From: an uncultured Planctomycetaceae bacterium
GTDB lineage: Bacteria > Planctomycetota > Planctomycetia > Planctomycetales > Planctomycetaceae
NCBI GenBank assembly: GCA_963976765.1
Contig: CAXBME010000016.1
Span: 62,001-126,000 of the forward strand
Direction of reading: 5' to 3'
DNA length: 64,000 nt
The notes under the pieces were generated by a model. The model searched no databases, was not told the DNA's origin, and worked only from the letters and a program-made list of their open reading frames with translations. Of this stretch, positions 9,088-23,058 are shown in pieces (position 1 is the first letter of the stretch; each line of letters begins with the position of its first letter). The translations under genes and the position numbers were made by a program.

Positions 9088-11352
9088 ATGCGCCGCCAGC
9101 TTGCCCTGTGTTGCCTTCAGCTGTTTGTTTTGCTGCCGACGATCGTTGCCGCGCAGGGAACTCAGGCCGATTATGACCGAGCAAACTCGTTGCGTGATCA
9201 AACTCGCAACACGGTGTTCAGAAAGAAGGTCGAGCCAGTCTGGACGTCTGATGGTCAGCGACTCTGGTATCGCCTCGAACTTGCTCCGGGAGAATTCGAG
9301 TTTGTGATCGCCGATGTGCGAAAACAGAATCGCGAATTGGCTTTCGATCATCGACAACTTGCGGAACAACTTGCTCAGGCGACTGGGAAAATTGTGAGCC
9401 CTAAGAACCTTCCCTTCCAGCGGATCAGGTTTGTCGGGGACGAAGACGCCGTTGAATTCACGGCGTTTTCTGCTGTCTGGAAATTCGAACGCGACAGCGG
9501 CAAGTTAAGTCGGCTTCGCGATGCCGAGTCTATCCCGAGGAAGGATGAACCTCGAAAACGTAACGATGCGAACTCCAGGCGCAATGGGCAACAGGAAGGT
9601 GCCGTTTCGCCAGACGGAAAATGGAACGTCTACGAAAGCAACCATGACCTCTACCTTCGGGCCGTTGATTCCGCCGAGGAAGACGAAACGTTGATTGGAA
9701 AAAGCGAATCCGACGACTGGTACAGCAATCGTCATATTTCCTGGTCGCCAGACTCAAAGAAGTTCGTTGCGTTGCGGACAAAGCAGGGACAGCAGCATGA
9801 CGTCAGTTTTGTCGAATCGTCGCCGACAGATCAGCTTCAGCCGAAGCTGCACACGCACCGGTATCTAAAGCCAGGCGATCGGGTTCCTCAATCCACTCCG
9901 CACCTGTTCAACGTTGATTCTCAAAAAGAAATAACGGTCAGCGACAACCTGTTTGAGAATCCGTGGATGTCGCCGCCGCAGATTGAGTGGGCACCCGATT
10001 CGAGCCGGTTCTACTTTACTTACAACCAGCGAGGCCACCAGGTACTGAGAGTCATCTCGGTCGAGGCAGCAACCGGAGAGGCGAAGCCGATCGTCGACGA
10101 ACAGAGTGACACGTTCATTGACTATGCTTACAAGAAGTACCGCCGAATTCTGCACGATTCTGACGAGCTGATCTGGATGTCCGAGCGTGACGGATGGAAC
10201 CATCTTTACCTTTACGATCTCTCGACCGGCGAGGTGAAGAATCAGATCACGCAAGGGGAGTGGGTTGTTCGCAAGGTCGAGCGTGTCGACATCGAAACGC
10301 GGCAAATCTGGTTTCAGGCCAGCGGAATTCATCCGGTCCAGGATCCATACTACATTCACTTTTGCCGAGTGAAGTTTGACGGTTCGGGGCTGACATTTCT
10401 GACGGACGGTGACGGCACGCATTCTATTTCGTGGTCGCCCGATCGAAAGACTCTGGTCGACACATATTCGCGCGTTGATCAGCCACCGGTAACCGAACTC
10501 CGCGACGCTGACACGGGAAAGCTGATTTGCGAGCTTGAACGAGCTGACTGGTCGCGGCTTCTGGACACTGGCTGGAGGCCGCCGGAACGTTTTGTGTCGA
10601 AAGGCCGAGACGACACGACTGACATTTATGGCGTTATTTTCCGACCGACGAACTTCGACGCGTCGAAGAGGTATCCAGTGATCGAGAAAATTTATGCGGG
10701 CCCGCACGGCTCGTTTGTGCCAAAAGCATTTTCGGAATTTTTCTCCGCGCAGGAGGTCGCAGAACTCGGCTTCATCGTCGTCCAGATTGACGGCATGGGC
10801 ACGTCGAACCGCTCGAAAGCATTTCACGATGTCTGCGCGAAGAATCTCGGCGACTCGGGTTTCCCCGACCGGATCAAATGGATCAAAGCCGCTGCTGAGA
10901 AGTACCCGTTCATGGACCTCAGTCTCGGAGTCGGCATCTATGGTGGATCGGCTGGCGGGCAGAGTTCGACTCGAGCAGTTCTGGCATTCGGAGACTTTTA
11001 CACTGTCGCCGTTTCCGACTGCGGATGCCATGACAATCGCATGGACAAAATCTGGTGGAACGAACTCTGGATGGGCTGGCCGATCGGCCCGCACTATGAG
11101 GAACAGTCGAACGTCACGAACGCGCACCGCCTGACCGGCAAGCTTTTTCTGACGGTCGGTGAACTGGACCGCAACGTCGATCCGGCATCAACGATGCAGG
11201 TTGTCGACGCACTGGTTAAAGCCGACAAAGACTTCGACCTGCTGGTCGTTCCTGGCGGCGGACACGGCATCGGAGAATCGTCCTATGGTAAACGCCGTCG
11301 CCAGGACTTTTTCGTTCGACATCTGATGGGTGTAGAGCCGCGTGGCCGCTAG
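9088..11352 (+). CDS. S9 family peptidase (DPP IV-like)
   Basis: Signal peptide, beta-propeller WSPD repeats, YAGPHG, GGSAGG nucleophile, D-R-N-V, GGGH. Confidence 0.9.
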   Translation: MRRQLALCCLQLFVLLPTIVAAQGTQADYDRANSLRDQTRNTVFRKKVEPVWTSDGQRLWYRLELAPGEFEFVIADVRKQNRELAFDHRQLAEQLAQATGKIVSPKNLPFQRIRFVGDEDAVEFTAFSAVWKFERDSGKLSRLRDAESIPRKDEPRKRNDANSRRNGQQEGAVSPDGKWNVYESNHDLYLRAVDSAEEDETLIGKSESDDWYSNRHISWSPDSKKFVALRTKQGQQHDVSFVESSPTDQLQPKLHTHRYLKPGDRVPQSTPHLFNVDSQKEITVSDNLFENPWMSPPQIEWAPDSSRFYFTYNQRGHQVLRVISVEAATGEAKPIVDEQSDTFIDYAYKKYRRILHDSDELIWMSERDGWNHLYLYDLSTGEVKNQITQGEWVVRKVERVDIETRQIWFQASGIHPVQDPYYIHFCRVKFDGSGLTFLTDGDGTHSISWSPDRKTLVDTYSRVDQPPVTELRDADTGKLICELERADWSRLLDTGWRPPERFVSKGRDDTTDIYGVIFRPTNFDASKRYPVIEKIYAGPHGSFVPKAFSEFFSAQEVAELGFIVVQIDGMGTSNRSKAFHDVCAKNLGDSGFPDRIKWIKAAAEKYPFMDLSLGVGIYGGSAGGQSSTRAVLAFGDFYTVAVSDCGCHDNRMDKIWWNELWMGWPIGPHYEEQSNVTNAHRLTGKLFLTVGELDRNVDPASTMQVVDALVKADKDFDLLVVPGGGHGIGESSYGKRRRQDFFVRHLMGVEPRGR

Positions 11353-11468
11353 GGAAGTCAGCGTTGGGCGAAGAAATCAACCGTGAGACCGCGAAACGGT
11401 TCAGTTGACGGCAGTGATGTCGGTAAACTGTCGATCAATATCTCCTGCCACATTGTTCTGCCCCTGAG

Positions 11469-14528
<3,060 letters not shown>

Positions 14529-14735
14529 CCAGATCTTGTGGTTACTCTTCACGACGAGAGATGCCGATGAGCAAATTCGTGCCTGGCATCCCTGACGGCA
14601 CAGCAACCGAGTTCGCAGGCTCGACTCAGCGCATTCGACCAACTTGGATCCGCAGCCGCACTGACGGACAACCTGCTGCTCAACGAAAGCCGGCAACAGC
14701 CAGTCACCGTGTGTGGACTTCTCGTTTACTGCAGA

Positions 14736-17027
14736 CTACTCGGAAGCCCGGTCCATCGTCTCATTGACGACTTTTTGTAGAACGGCTTCGAAATCGCGTG
14801 TGAATTCGGCAGTGTTGCAGAGCGGGCTGCGAGCGACCTGATTTCGAAGTGACAAGCGTAACGACCGAATTCGGTCGCGATCGGACGCGAGGCGTGTCAC
14901 GATCTGTACGTAGTCTTCTTTGTCTGACGCGACGAATTCTTCGAGCCCAACGGCAGACAATACGCTCTTTCCCATGCGGCTGCTGAAGCGACCGCCGGGC
15001 AATGTGACGACCGGCACGCCCATCCAAAGCGCATCGCACGACGTCGTTCCACCGTTGTACGGTACGGTGTCCAGGGCGATGTCCATGCGCCGATACTCTG
15101 CCAGGAAAGCTGACAGTGGGACCGTCGGCGGCAATGGATCGATTCTTGCCGGTTCGATGCCGCAATCGGCGAAACGTTGCCGGGTCAGCTTTCGCGTTGA
15201 TTCGTCAGCAAGTGGGAGTGCTTTCAGGACAAGTCGCGAATCAGGCACGGCGTGGAGCACACGACTCCACAAACGCACGGTTGAGTCCGTCAGCTTGGCC
15301 AGATGATTGAACGAGCCGAACGTGATAAATCCATTTCTTTCGAACGGAAACGGTGCAACGTCCGGCGTGTCTGGCTGAGGTTGATAACAAAGGAAGCAGT
15401 TCTTCAGGCGGACGATCCGTTCATGAGAATCCAGCTTCTGATTCGTCGGGCAGAGATGCTCATCGGCGATCAGCCAGTCGTTCGCAGGACGTTCGGTCTT
15501 GCCGGGGTAGCCGAGGTATGTCGCCAGGATGGGCGCAGGCTTTCTCGCCAGAACCATCGCGCGATTCTTTGCCGTGTGCCCACACAGGTCGATGAGAATG
15601 TCGAGCTTGTCTGACCGAATCTGTTCTTCGAGTCGAGCGTCGCTCCACGCCCCGCATTCGTGCCAGGCCACGTTGAGGTTTTTCAGCCGCTCTGTCAGCT
15701 CATCAACCGAGGCATTGTCCGAGTAACAGGTGACGTCGAACTGGTCCCGATCATGCTGCGTCAGGATTGGCTCGACAAAGTACCCGACCGGATGCTTCAA
15801 CAGGTCCGGCGACAGAAATCCGACGCGAATTCTTAAACCGGCGTTTCTGGCTCGCGCGGCACATGGAGTTGGAGGATCGTGCCGCGTCGCGAGGTTGTGC
15901 AGCCGCGATGCCAGACGACGGTGAATTTCCAGAATGTCGTCGTCGGAAAGTGTGTCGCTGTAGAGAGAGGAAAACAGAGCGTTGCCAATCAGAGTTGCGT
16001 CGTCGGTCTGTTTTGAAAGGGCTTCGTCAAATGCCGCTCGCGATCGTTCACAGAGTCCCTGTTCGTGCAGCCCGTTGGCCAGCAGGCTGAACCCTTCCGG
16101 TCGATCCGGAAATGCCTCGGTCAGGCGTTTCCCTATCAGCATCGCTTCTGATACGTGGCCGGTCGTTGACAGAATCAACCCGAGTTTCAGGTTGGCCCCC
16201 AGATCACCCGGTGCTCGGCGAACGGCTTCACGGAAATACCCGACGGCCAACTCATGCCGATGCTCCTTCTGACGCAGCGTGCCGAGGTTGATGTGGGGCT
16301 CGGGATTGTTCGGCTCAAGCTTCGCCAGCTCGTTCCACCAGAGAACGGCAGCTTCGACATTGCCCCGCTCATACTCGATCAGCCCGATCAATGTGTACGC
16401 GTTTCCGTACTTCGGATACTCGGCAATTAACTGTTCAGCAGCCTCGAAGGCCGCATTCGAATCGCCGGTTTCGTAACACAGAACGGCGCGTTCATAGAGC
16501 AATTCGACAGACTGGCCCGCAGCTTGTATCCCCCCATTGATGACGTCCCGAGTTTCATCGAAGTTCTTCTGAATTCGCAGCAGCTTTGCCAGATTGATCC
16601 TCGGCTTCGGGTGTTGAGGATTCATAGCAATCGCGCGGCGGTACATCACGACGGCTGAAGCTGTGTCGCCTGAGTCTCGGAGGAGGTTCGCCAGGTTCAA
16701 TGCGGCCGGGAAAAATTCTGGAGCAATTTCCAGCGTTCGCTCAAATGTCTGTCGAGCTTCGTCAGGATTTCCGGCTCGTTGCAACGCATTCGCAAAGTTG
16801 AACCACAATTCTGGAATCTGACTGCCCCGGCTGGTTAATTCACGGTAACGATTGATTCCTTCGTCGAGCCTGCCGGCACGAACCAGTGCCGACGCCAGAT
16901 TGGCAGCGACTGTCTCATCGTCGGGACGTTGTCGCAGAATCTGCTCATACTCAATGATGGCCTCCGCGAATCGTCCGTGATTATGCAGAGAGATCGCCTT
17001 GTTGAGTGCGTCTTGCGAAGATTCCAT
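14736..17027 (-). CDS. TPR-containing O-GlcNAc transferase, SPINDLY family (GT41)
   Basis: N-terminal TPRs; RVGFLSPDLLKHPVG, DILIDLCGHT, YLGYP, ITFGSFNHLAK, DIALDTVPYNGGTT, WMGVPVVTL. Confidence 0.92.
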   Translation of the reverse strand: MESSQDALNKAISLHNHGRFAEAIIEYEQILRQRPDDETVAANLASALVRAGRLDEGINRYRELTSRGSQIPELWFNFANALQRAGNPDEARQTFERTLEIAPEFFPAALNLANLLRDSGDTASAVVMYRRAIAMNPQHPKPRINLAKLLRIQKNFDETRDVINGGIQAAGQSVELLYERAVLCYETGDSNAAFEAAEQLIAEYPKYGNAYTLIGLIEYERGNVEAAVLWWNELAKLEPNNPEPHINLGTLRQKEHRHELAVGYFREAVRRAPGDLGANLKLGLILSTTGHVSEAMLIGKRLTEAFPDRPEGFSLLANGLHEQGLCERSRAAFDEALSKQTDDATLIGNALFSSLYSDTLSDDDILEIHRRLASRLHNLATRHDPPTPCAARARNAGLRIRVGFLSPDLLKHPVGYFVEPILTQHDRDQFDVTCYSDNASVDELTERLKNLNVAWHECGAWSDARLEEQIRSDKLDILIDLCGHTAKNRAMVLARKPAPILATYLGYPGKTERPANDWLIADEHLCPTNQKLDSHERIVRLKNCFLCYQPQPDTPDVAPFPFERNGFITFGSFNHLAKLTDSTVRLWSRVLHAVPDSRLVLKALPLADESTRKLTRQRFADCGIEPARIDPLPPTVPLSAFLAEYRRMDIALDTVPYNGGTTSCDALWMGVPVVTLPGGRFSSRMGKSVLSAVGLEEFVASDKEDYVQIVTRLASDRDRIRSLRLSLRNQVARSPLCNTAEFTRDFEAVLQKVVNETMDRASE

Positions 17028-17045
17028 TCGGATGGCAACCTCGTC

Positions 17046-18443
17046 TCACACCATGATGTCAAAAACGGGGCGACCGTTTGCGATGGGAAACGGTCGGTTG
17101 AGGTTGTCGTGAACCTCGGTGGCCGGATTGATACCGAGCAGGTGGTAGACGGTCGCCGCGAGGTCGCCCGTTGTTACGGGGTCGCGATCGGGGACGGCGC
17201 CGTAGCGGTCGGATCGACCATAGACGGCGCCACCTTTCACACCGCCGCCTGCCAGCAGAACGGTGTAGCACTTCGGCCAGTGGTCCCGGCTGATGTTTTT
17301 GTTGATCAGCGGTGTGCGACCAAACTCACCCATCCAGAGCACCAGCGTTTCGTCCAGGAGCCCACGTTCTTCCAGGTCGAGCAGCAGGACCGGCAACGTG
17401 TGATCGGTCAGCGGAAAATGCCATTCCGGCAGGATCTCGTACATCCGCGTGTCGTCGAAGCCGTGCGTGTCCCAGCCTCCGTCCGTTTTGCTGCGTCCGC
17501 CGATGCTTCGCGAGAAGTAGGCCGTCACAAACTTGACGCCAGATTCGACAAGCCGTCGCGACAGCAGACAACTCTGCCCATACGTCGTGCGTCCGTACGC
17601 TTCGCGCATTGGCTCGGGTTCCTTCGTCAGGTCGAAGGCTTCTCGAACTCGTTGAGAATTCAGCATCGCCAACGCTCGCTGATAGTAAGCATTAACGCCC
17701 TGAGCAGCGGCAGAATTGTCCAGGTCACGAGCCTGCTGATTGATCAACTGCTGAAGCCGTCGCCGGTCTCCCAGTCGTTTCATGGAAACATCAGCGGGAA
17801 GACTGAGTTGCGACAGGCGGAAATCGGGAGCGTTAGGATCGTTCGGCACGAACAGTGGATCGTGGATGCGACCGAGGAAGCTCGCACGCTGGCCCGGAGT
17901 CTTCGAGCCGTCTGAAATCGTCCACGGAAACGACACGAATGTCGGCATTCCGTTGGTATTCGGCGAGACCGCATCGACAACGGAGCCGTATGCCGGAAAC
18001 AGGTCCAGCGATTCCCGCAGACGCTGATCGTCGATCGGAGGTTCGACACCGGTCAGAGCTGTGTAGCCTGCTGAGTTGTGATTGTTCATCGTGTGATGGA
18101 CCGTGCGAATCTGCGCGATCTTATTCATCACTTTGGCTGTTTCGGGCAGGTGCTCACAGACATGCATACCGGGCACAGAAGTTGAAATCGGGTTGTACTT
18201 CGATCGGTAGGCGTCGGGAGCGTCCAATTTCATATCGAACGTGTCGACATGACTTGGTCCTCCCCATTGAAAGAGGAAGATTACGGACTTCGCCCGAGCT
18301 TTGGGCGCGTTTTCTGAAGTGGACTGTTCTTTTGCTTCGATCAACTTCGGAAGCGTCAGCCCGAGCAACCCCGGCCCACCGGCGCGCAGAAGGTCGCGAC
18401 GATGAAACTCGGCGATGCTGGAGATTGGCTTTTTGTTATTCAT
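17046..18443 (-). CDS. DUF1501 domain protein
   Basis: RRDLL, AKSVIFLFQWGGPSHVDTFD, CLLSRRLVESGV, WDTH, GEFGRTP, RDHW. Confidence 0.92.
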   Translation of the reverse strand: MNNKKPISSIAEFHRRDLLRAGGPGLLGLTLPKLIEAKEQSTSENAPKARAKSVIFLFQWGGPSHVDTFDMKLDAPDAYRSKYNPISTSVPGMHVCEHLPETAKVMNKIAQIRTVHHTMNNHNSAGYTALTGVEPPIDDQRLRESLDLFPAYGSVVDAVSPNTNGMPTFVSFPWTISDGSKTPGQRASFLGRIHDPLFVPNDPNAPDFRLSQLSLPADVSMKRLGDRRRLQQLINQQARDLDNSAAAQGVNAYYQRALAMLNSQRVREAFDLTKEPEPMREAYGRTTYGQSCLLSRRLVESGVKFVTAYFSRSIGGRSKTDGGWDTHGFDDTRMYEILPEWHFPLTDHTLPVLLLDLEERGLLDETLVLWMGEFGRTPLINKNISRDHWPKCYTVLLAGGGVKGGAVYGRSDRYGAVPDRDPVTTGDLAATVYHLLGINPATEVHDNLNRPFPIANGRPVFDIMV

Positions 18444-18503
18444 GCTGCTTCTCACTGAAGCTTGAATCAGTACGGGCGGTAGGATGGGCGATTCCCACCC
18501 TGC

Positions 18504-20876
18504 CTATCTTCGGAAAAGAAACTCGTTCGAATTAAGCAATGCCCAGGCCACGTCTTCCAGTCCGCGTCGTGGGGAATCAGAACTCATGATGTGATCTTCA
18601 GCGGTCGCCAGCTCCTCGCCAGAAGGCTTGCGGCTCAGAGCCGACCAGTAAAGATCGGTGATCGTTTCCTCAAACGGTTCGCCATTTTTCCCGGCCTTTG
18701 CGATGCGACCGTTGCCGCTGCGAAGGAGCTGGTCGACAAGCTCGCCGCTGACCAGTTCAAACGTCTGAGCGAGCGTCGTGCCGTTTGTCCGTTCGCATTC
18801 GCACGTCAGCAATCGACCGGGTTTCCCGAACAGAGCCAGAAAGCGGTCGCCAATTTCTGGAGTTGCATATCGATGCCCGCCGTTCCGTACGCCGCGAAGC
18901 TGGACCGCCCTTGTGCCGGGATCGTGGCCGCCAAATTTGATCGGCACATCCAGCGTCTGCGCGACGGCGTCGAGCGTCTGCTCGGCTGTCAACCGGCTTG
19001 GAACAGCATGTGAAAAGAGCAGCTCGTCGTCAGCGTTCGTCGAGTTGGTCGTCGACGAAAGTTGATACACCTTCGAATTCATAATGACCCGCATCAGGTG
19101 TCGGACGCTGAAGTTGCCCTCGACAAATTCCTTCGTCAATGCGTCCAGCAGTTCGGGATTCACTGGCGGGTTCGTCGACCGGAAATCATCGATCGGATCG
19201 ACGATGCCTCGCCCCATGATCTGGTACCAGATTCGGTTGGCCTGAGCGGCGGCGAACCGATCATTGTCCGGGGAACTCATCCACTCGGCGATTCGTTGCA
19301 GCCGGTCGAGTTTCGGTTTGCCTTGATCATCTGACGAGCCGGCAGAATCAGACGCATCGTTGGACAGGTTTCCGAGGTATCGCAGCCCGGCAGTTTCACC
19401 AGTCGTTGGATTTTTGACGTCGCCGGTTTCTTTCAAAAGGACGATCTGCTCGCCGACGAATTCGTTTTTGTCGCTCTTATCGCGTCGTTTGTTCTCGATG
19501 ATTTTGTAGTCGACGCGGCCAAAGAAATTAGACCAGCCGTAATAATCGTCCTGCGTCCAACGGTCGAACGGATGGTTGTGACATTTCGCACATTGCAGCC
19601 GAATCCCGAGGAAGACCTGAGCCGTCGCTTCGCCGCGCGCTTCCGGGACTCGCAATGCGCGGTAAAAGTTGGCGGGCGGAACGTTGTACGTGCTGCCGCG
19701 AGCTTCCAGGATCTCCTTCGCCAACTGATTCAAAGGCTTGTGCTTCGCGAAGGATTCGTGAATCCAGTCGTGAAAAACCTGGACGCCTTTGCGGTCGAGC
19801 GTTTTTTCTTCAACGAGTAACAGGTCAGCCCATCGCAAGGTCTGCATGTCGACAAACTCTGGCGACTCCAGCAGTTGATCAATCAGCTTCTCGCGTTTGT
19901 CGGTATCGGTTGAGGTGACAAACGCCTGAGCCTGCTCGACCGTGGGCAGTAGACCGGTCAGATCGAGATACACCCGCCGAAGAAATGCCGTGTCGTCGCA
20001 AACGTCAGACGGATTGATCTTCAATCGTGCGAGCTGCCTGAAGACCAGCTCGTCAACAAAGTTCGCTGGCTCAAGTGCTGCCGCGACGAAATCAGGACGC
20101 TCGGGGACAAACTCCAGTCTGACTGGAACCTGTTGATCGAGATACCTCACTGTGACAGTTGTCAGTCCGGCCCGGTCCCCCGTTGCGACTCCGAGACTGG
20201 AAACCGCAACAAACGTTGCGGAAGACTCGTAGACCGCAAGGCTGGTCACATCGCGTTTCGATCCGTCACTGAATTCAGCCGTCGCTCGAATCGTGACCGT
20301 CGTGTCCGGCGCGTAAATGGTTGCGTGCTGAGGTTCGACTCGCAGGGCGACAGGTTCCGGAGCATTCTCGGGGTCCACTGGCATTCCTGCCGCGATCCAG
20401 CCCGTGAGGATCCGGTACTCTTCCGAGTCAACTTTGAAGCGTCGCCCGCCTTCATGCGGAACATCCATCAGCGGCTTCCGCAGCAGCAGACTCGCTTCCG
20501 GCGTGACAACATTCGCCCGCCGCGCCCCCTCTTGCCGACTGAGTGTCTCAAAATCCTGCGCCGGATCCTGTCCTCTCAACGAAAGTTTCAATCCACCTTT
20601 GCCGTTCGCATTTCCATGACAGGTTCCCAGGTTACAGCCTGCCTTGGACAGCACGGCCATGACGTCGTGCCGAAACGATGGCGCACGTTCATGAGTCGAC
20701 GCCGCGCCGCCCTCGGACGCAGTCGTCGAGGAGGCCAAAGCGGTCATCGAAATTGTTGCCAGCACGAGCCGGCAGGCAGAGTGATGATTCAACATAAGGG
20801 CGGGAAGTCTGGGAAGGAATCGGACATTGGTCCAGAGGGCTTGCCAGTTTACTCGAATTCCGCCTCGATCATGCAA
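18504..20876 (-). CDS. DUF1549/DUF1553 protein with Ig-like domain
   Basis: GCNLGTCHG, HEGG, RDVT (Ig-like), CAKCHNHPFDRW, CECER, LLNSNEFLF. True start may be ATG 20795. Confidence 0.9.
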   Translation of the reverse strand: MHDRGGIRVNWQALWTNVRFLPRLPALMLNHHSACRLVLATISMTALASSTTASEGGAASTHERAPSFRHDVMAVLSKAGCNLGTCHGNANGKGGLKLSLRGQDPAQDFETLSRQEGARRANVVTPEASLLLRKPLMDVPHEGGRRFKVDSEEYRILTGWIAAGMPVDPENAPEPVALRVEPQHATIYAPDTTVTIRATAEFSDGSKRDVTSLAVYESSATFVAVSSLGVATGDRAGLTTVTVRYLDQQVPVRLEFVPERPDFVAAALEPANFVDELVFRQLARLKINPSDVCDDTAFLRRVYLDLTGLLPTVEQAQAFVTSTDTDKREKLIDQLLESPEFVDMQTLRWADLLLVEEKTLDRKGVQVFHDWIHESFAKHKPLNQLAKEILEARGSTYNVPPANFYRALRVPEARGEATAQVFLGIRLQCAKCHNHPFDRWTQDDYYGWSNFFGRVDYKIIENKRRDKSDKNEFVGEQIVLLKETGDVKNPTTGETAGLRYLGNLSNDASDSAGSSDDQGKPKLDRLQRIAEWMSSPDNDRFAAAQANRIWYQIMGRGIVDPIDDFRSTNPPVNPELLDALTKEFVEGNFSVRHLMRVIMNSKVYQLSSTTNSTNADDELLFSHAVPSRLTAEQTLDAVAQTLDVPIKFGGHDPGTRAVQLRGVRNGGHRYATPEIGDRFLALFGKPGRLLTCECERTNGTTLAQTFELVSGELVDQLLRSGNGRIAKAGKNGEPFEETITDLYWSALSRKPSGEELATAEDHIMSSDSPRRGLEDVAWALLNSNEFLFRR

Positions 20877-21003
20877 GAGACTTGCTGGTTCCGCTCAGAC
20901 TACTTCCGAATGTGGACATGGAATCTGTCCGTGTCTCCACTGGCGGATCGGATGTTGCTGAAGATACGGCTGGAATCGGACTCCCCCGATGGCGGAACAG
21001 CCT

Positions 21004-22749
21004 TCAGGGTGACTGGTCAGGTTTCGGAGAATCGTCGTCAGCAGACGGGGGTGGGTTGAGCTCGAAGGTTTTCTCCAGCCCTTTGACCAGCTTGTCGACG
21101 AATTTTCGCAGCAGTTCGTAGGCCCGGTCTGTGAACAGGCCGGCGAGCAGACCGAAGAAGGCGCTGCTGTAGGGGTTCATGTAGAAGCTGACGTCTTCAT
21201 TACTGACAACCAGAACGTTCTTGCCACCTCGGATGGCTAGGAGCGTGATGAATCCGGCAGCTACTCCGAACCCGATGTCAGTCGGGCTGAGAACCCGTTT
21301 CGCTCGAATGGCGGCGATCACGGCGCCGATCGTTCCGCTCATGATGACAACCAGTGAAAGCAACTGATCGCTGGCCATGTAGCGAGGCAGAAAAAACTGC
21401 CACCACACCGAGACGGCGGCGGTGATGCTTGAACGCTGCGGTTCGATTTCCCTCTGATCGTTGTCTGGCGGTCTGGTATCTTCGAGCAGTTCGTAGACGT
21501 CGTTGCGGATCGTGCCGAGCGTGATCTGTTCCTGATCGCTTCCCGAGACGGCCAGCGTCTGTAATCGACCGAGCTGCTGACGAAACTTCTGAAGCTGTGT
21601 CCTTCGGTCGGATTTCCCAGCGAGTCCGGCGCCGCCACCATCGCCCGAGTCGTCGTTACCCTCGGCCAGATCGGCCTGCAGGTGAGCGACCTGCAACGTC
21701 AGGAACTGCTCCAGCTTCTGCCGACCCCGAACTTCGCCGACCCAGAACAGGACGGAAAGCACAATTCCCATCAGACAAAGCAGCGTGAAGCCGGAAAACA
21801 GCGACGACGGTTTGGTCAACGTTTCCCAGTACCAGCGGACTGGTTGCCGCGTTTCGAGATCAAGTTGGCCGCTGACTTCTCTCAGGTCAAATTCAGCGGT
21901 TTCTCGTTTCCGTTTCTCTTCGGCTGCTTCCTGCTGAGCTTTCATCAGGTTTTCGCGAGTCGCCGACAACTCGGACTGAACACGCTGCTCGCGCTTTTCG
22001 ACGGCTGCTCGTTGCTGAGCAAGCTGGTCACGGTCGGCAGTCAGGTTTTTCAGATCCCGTTGCAGTTCGGTCTGTTGCGCTGTCAGTGCTTTTATCGTCT
22101 GCTCACGCCTGGCGAGTTGACTCCTCAAAGTGGACGCCTGGTCGGAGCCGGAAGCGTCTTTGCCATTGAGAATTGCGTCAAGCTGCGGTTTCAGCTCGGT
22201 GTACCAGCCTGGTGGGTCGTCGATCCACAGGCTGCCGAGAAAACCTCGTTCGCTGGGCGAGACTTTGCGTTTCATCTCGACCGGTTTCGAAGCCTGACGC
22301 TCAAGCAGCCTTTCAAAATCACGGCGACAGGCGGAAACGAGCATCTCGCGCGAGCCGGCGTTGACGTAGGTCTCGGCGGCTGCGGCTGCTGCGGCGTTGG
22401 TGCTGGCGGCGGTGTTGGCGGCGACATAAGCGGCGTTGGTGGCGTCGGCGGCATCGTAGGCGAGGTTGGCGCCATAGGCGTAGGCGGGGTTCAAGTCGTC
22501 GGCGGTGGCGGCGGCGACGCGAAGTTCGTCAGCAGCGACGTTTTCTCCGCGAGAAAAGTCGGTGGCCAGATTCAATGCTCGTTCAACAGCGTGGGCCAGC
22601 GACGTTCTCTTGTCGGAATTGTTAGGCCACGCCTTGACGCAAAGTGGCTGGACACGCCGAGCCGCGCGGACGGCGTAAGCAACGAGCGCCCTTTGCGGCA
22701 ACTGGCTGAGTTCTTCTTCGGTTGGAAGCTGTGGAGTTTCGTCGGCCAT
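21004..22749 (-). CDS. hypothetical membrane protein: N-terminal helical domain with Ala-rich tract, coiled coil, C-terminal transmembrane helices
   Basis: 581 aa ORF; LPQRALVAYAVRAARRVQP N-terminus, heptad region, about four hydrophobic segments. Confidence 0.75.
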   Translation of the reverse strand: MADETPQLPTEEELSQLPQRALVAYAVRAARRVQPLCVKAWPNNSDKRTSLAHAVERALNLATDFSRGENVAADELRVAAATADDLNPAYAYGANLAYDAADATNAAYVAANTAASTNAAAAAAAETYVNAGSREMLVSACRRDFERLLERQASKPVEMKRKVSPSERGFLGSLWIDDPPGWYTELKPQLDAILNGKDASGSDQASTLRSQLARREQTIKALTAQQTELQRDLKNLTADRDQLAQQRAAVEKREQRVQSELSATRENLMKAQQEAAEEKRKRETAEFDLREVSGQLDLETRQPVRWYWETLTKPSSLFSGFTLLCLMGIVLSVLFWVGEVRGRQKLEQFLTLQVAHLQADLAEGNDDSGDGGGAGLAGKSDRRTQLQKFRQQLGRLQTLAVSGSDQEQITLGTIRNDVYELLEDTRPPDNDQREIEPQRSSITAAVSVWWQFFLPRYMASDQLLSLVVIMSGTIGAVIAAIRAKRVLSPTDIGFGVAAGFITLLAIRGGKNVLVVSNEDVSFYMNPYSSAFFGLLAGLFTDRAYELLRKFVDKLVKGLEKTFELNPPPSADDDSPKPDQSP

Positions 22750-23058
22750 GAGAATGCTCGGGCGGGTCGGCGGAATTTTGAACCATCATCTCAGTCGAAC
22801 ACGTCCGGTATGTCCACTCTGCATTGCCGAGTGGTCTCACGTGAGGCAATCAGCCTGCTACCGGATGCTGGTTTGACAGGTGAAAGCGCCCGCTGGAAGA
22901 ACGGTCCAACCAGAAAGCGAAGAGGCAGAGCGGCCCAAGCGGAATGGCTGGTTGCGTCGTCCTCAGCTTGGCCAGTTGCTCGTTTCACTTCGCGAATTTC
23001 ACTACACAACGTTGATCAAAGTGCTGACTGAACTCTTTACACCGAAGATGGCCCCGTC

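Noticed and set aside
14530..14735. Possible DUF1501 N-terminal remnant after the unpaired DUF1553 gene (QLGSAAALTDNLLLNES)
   Set aside because: Similarity is too weak, with no RRxFL or other diagnostic motif.
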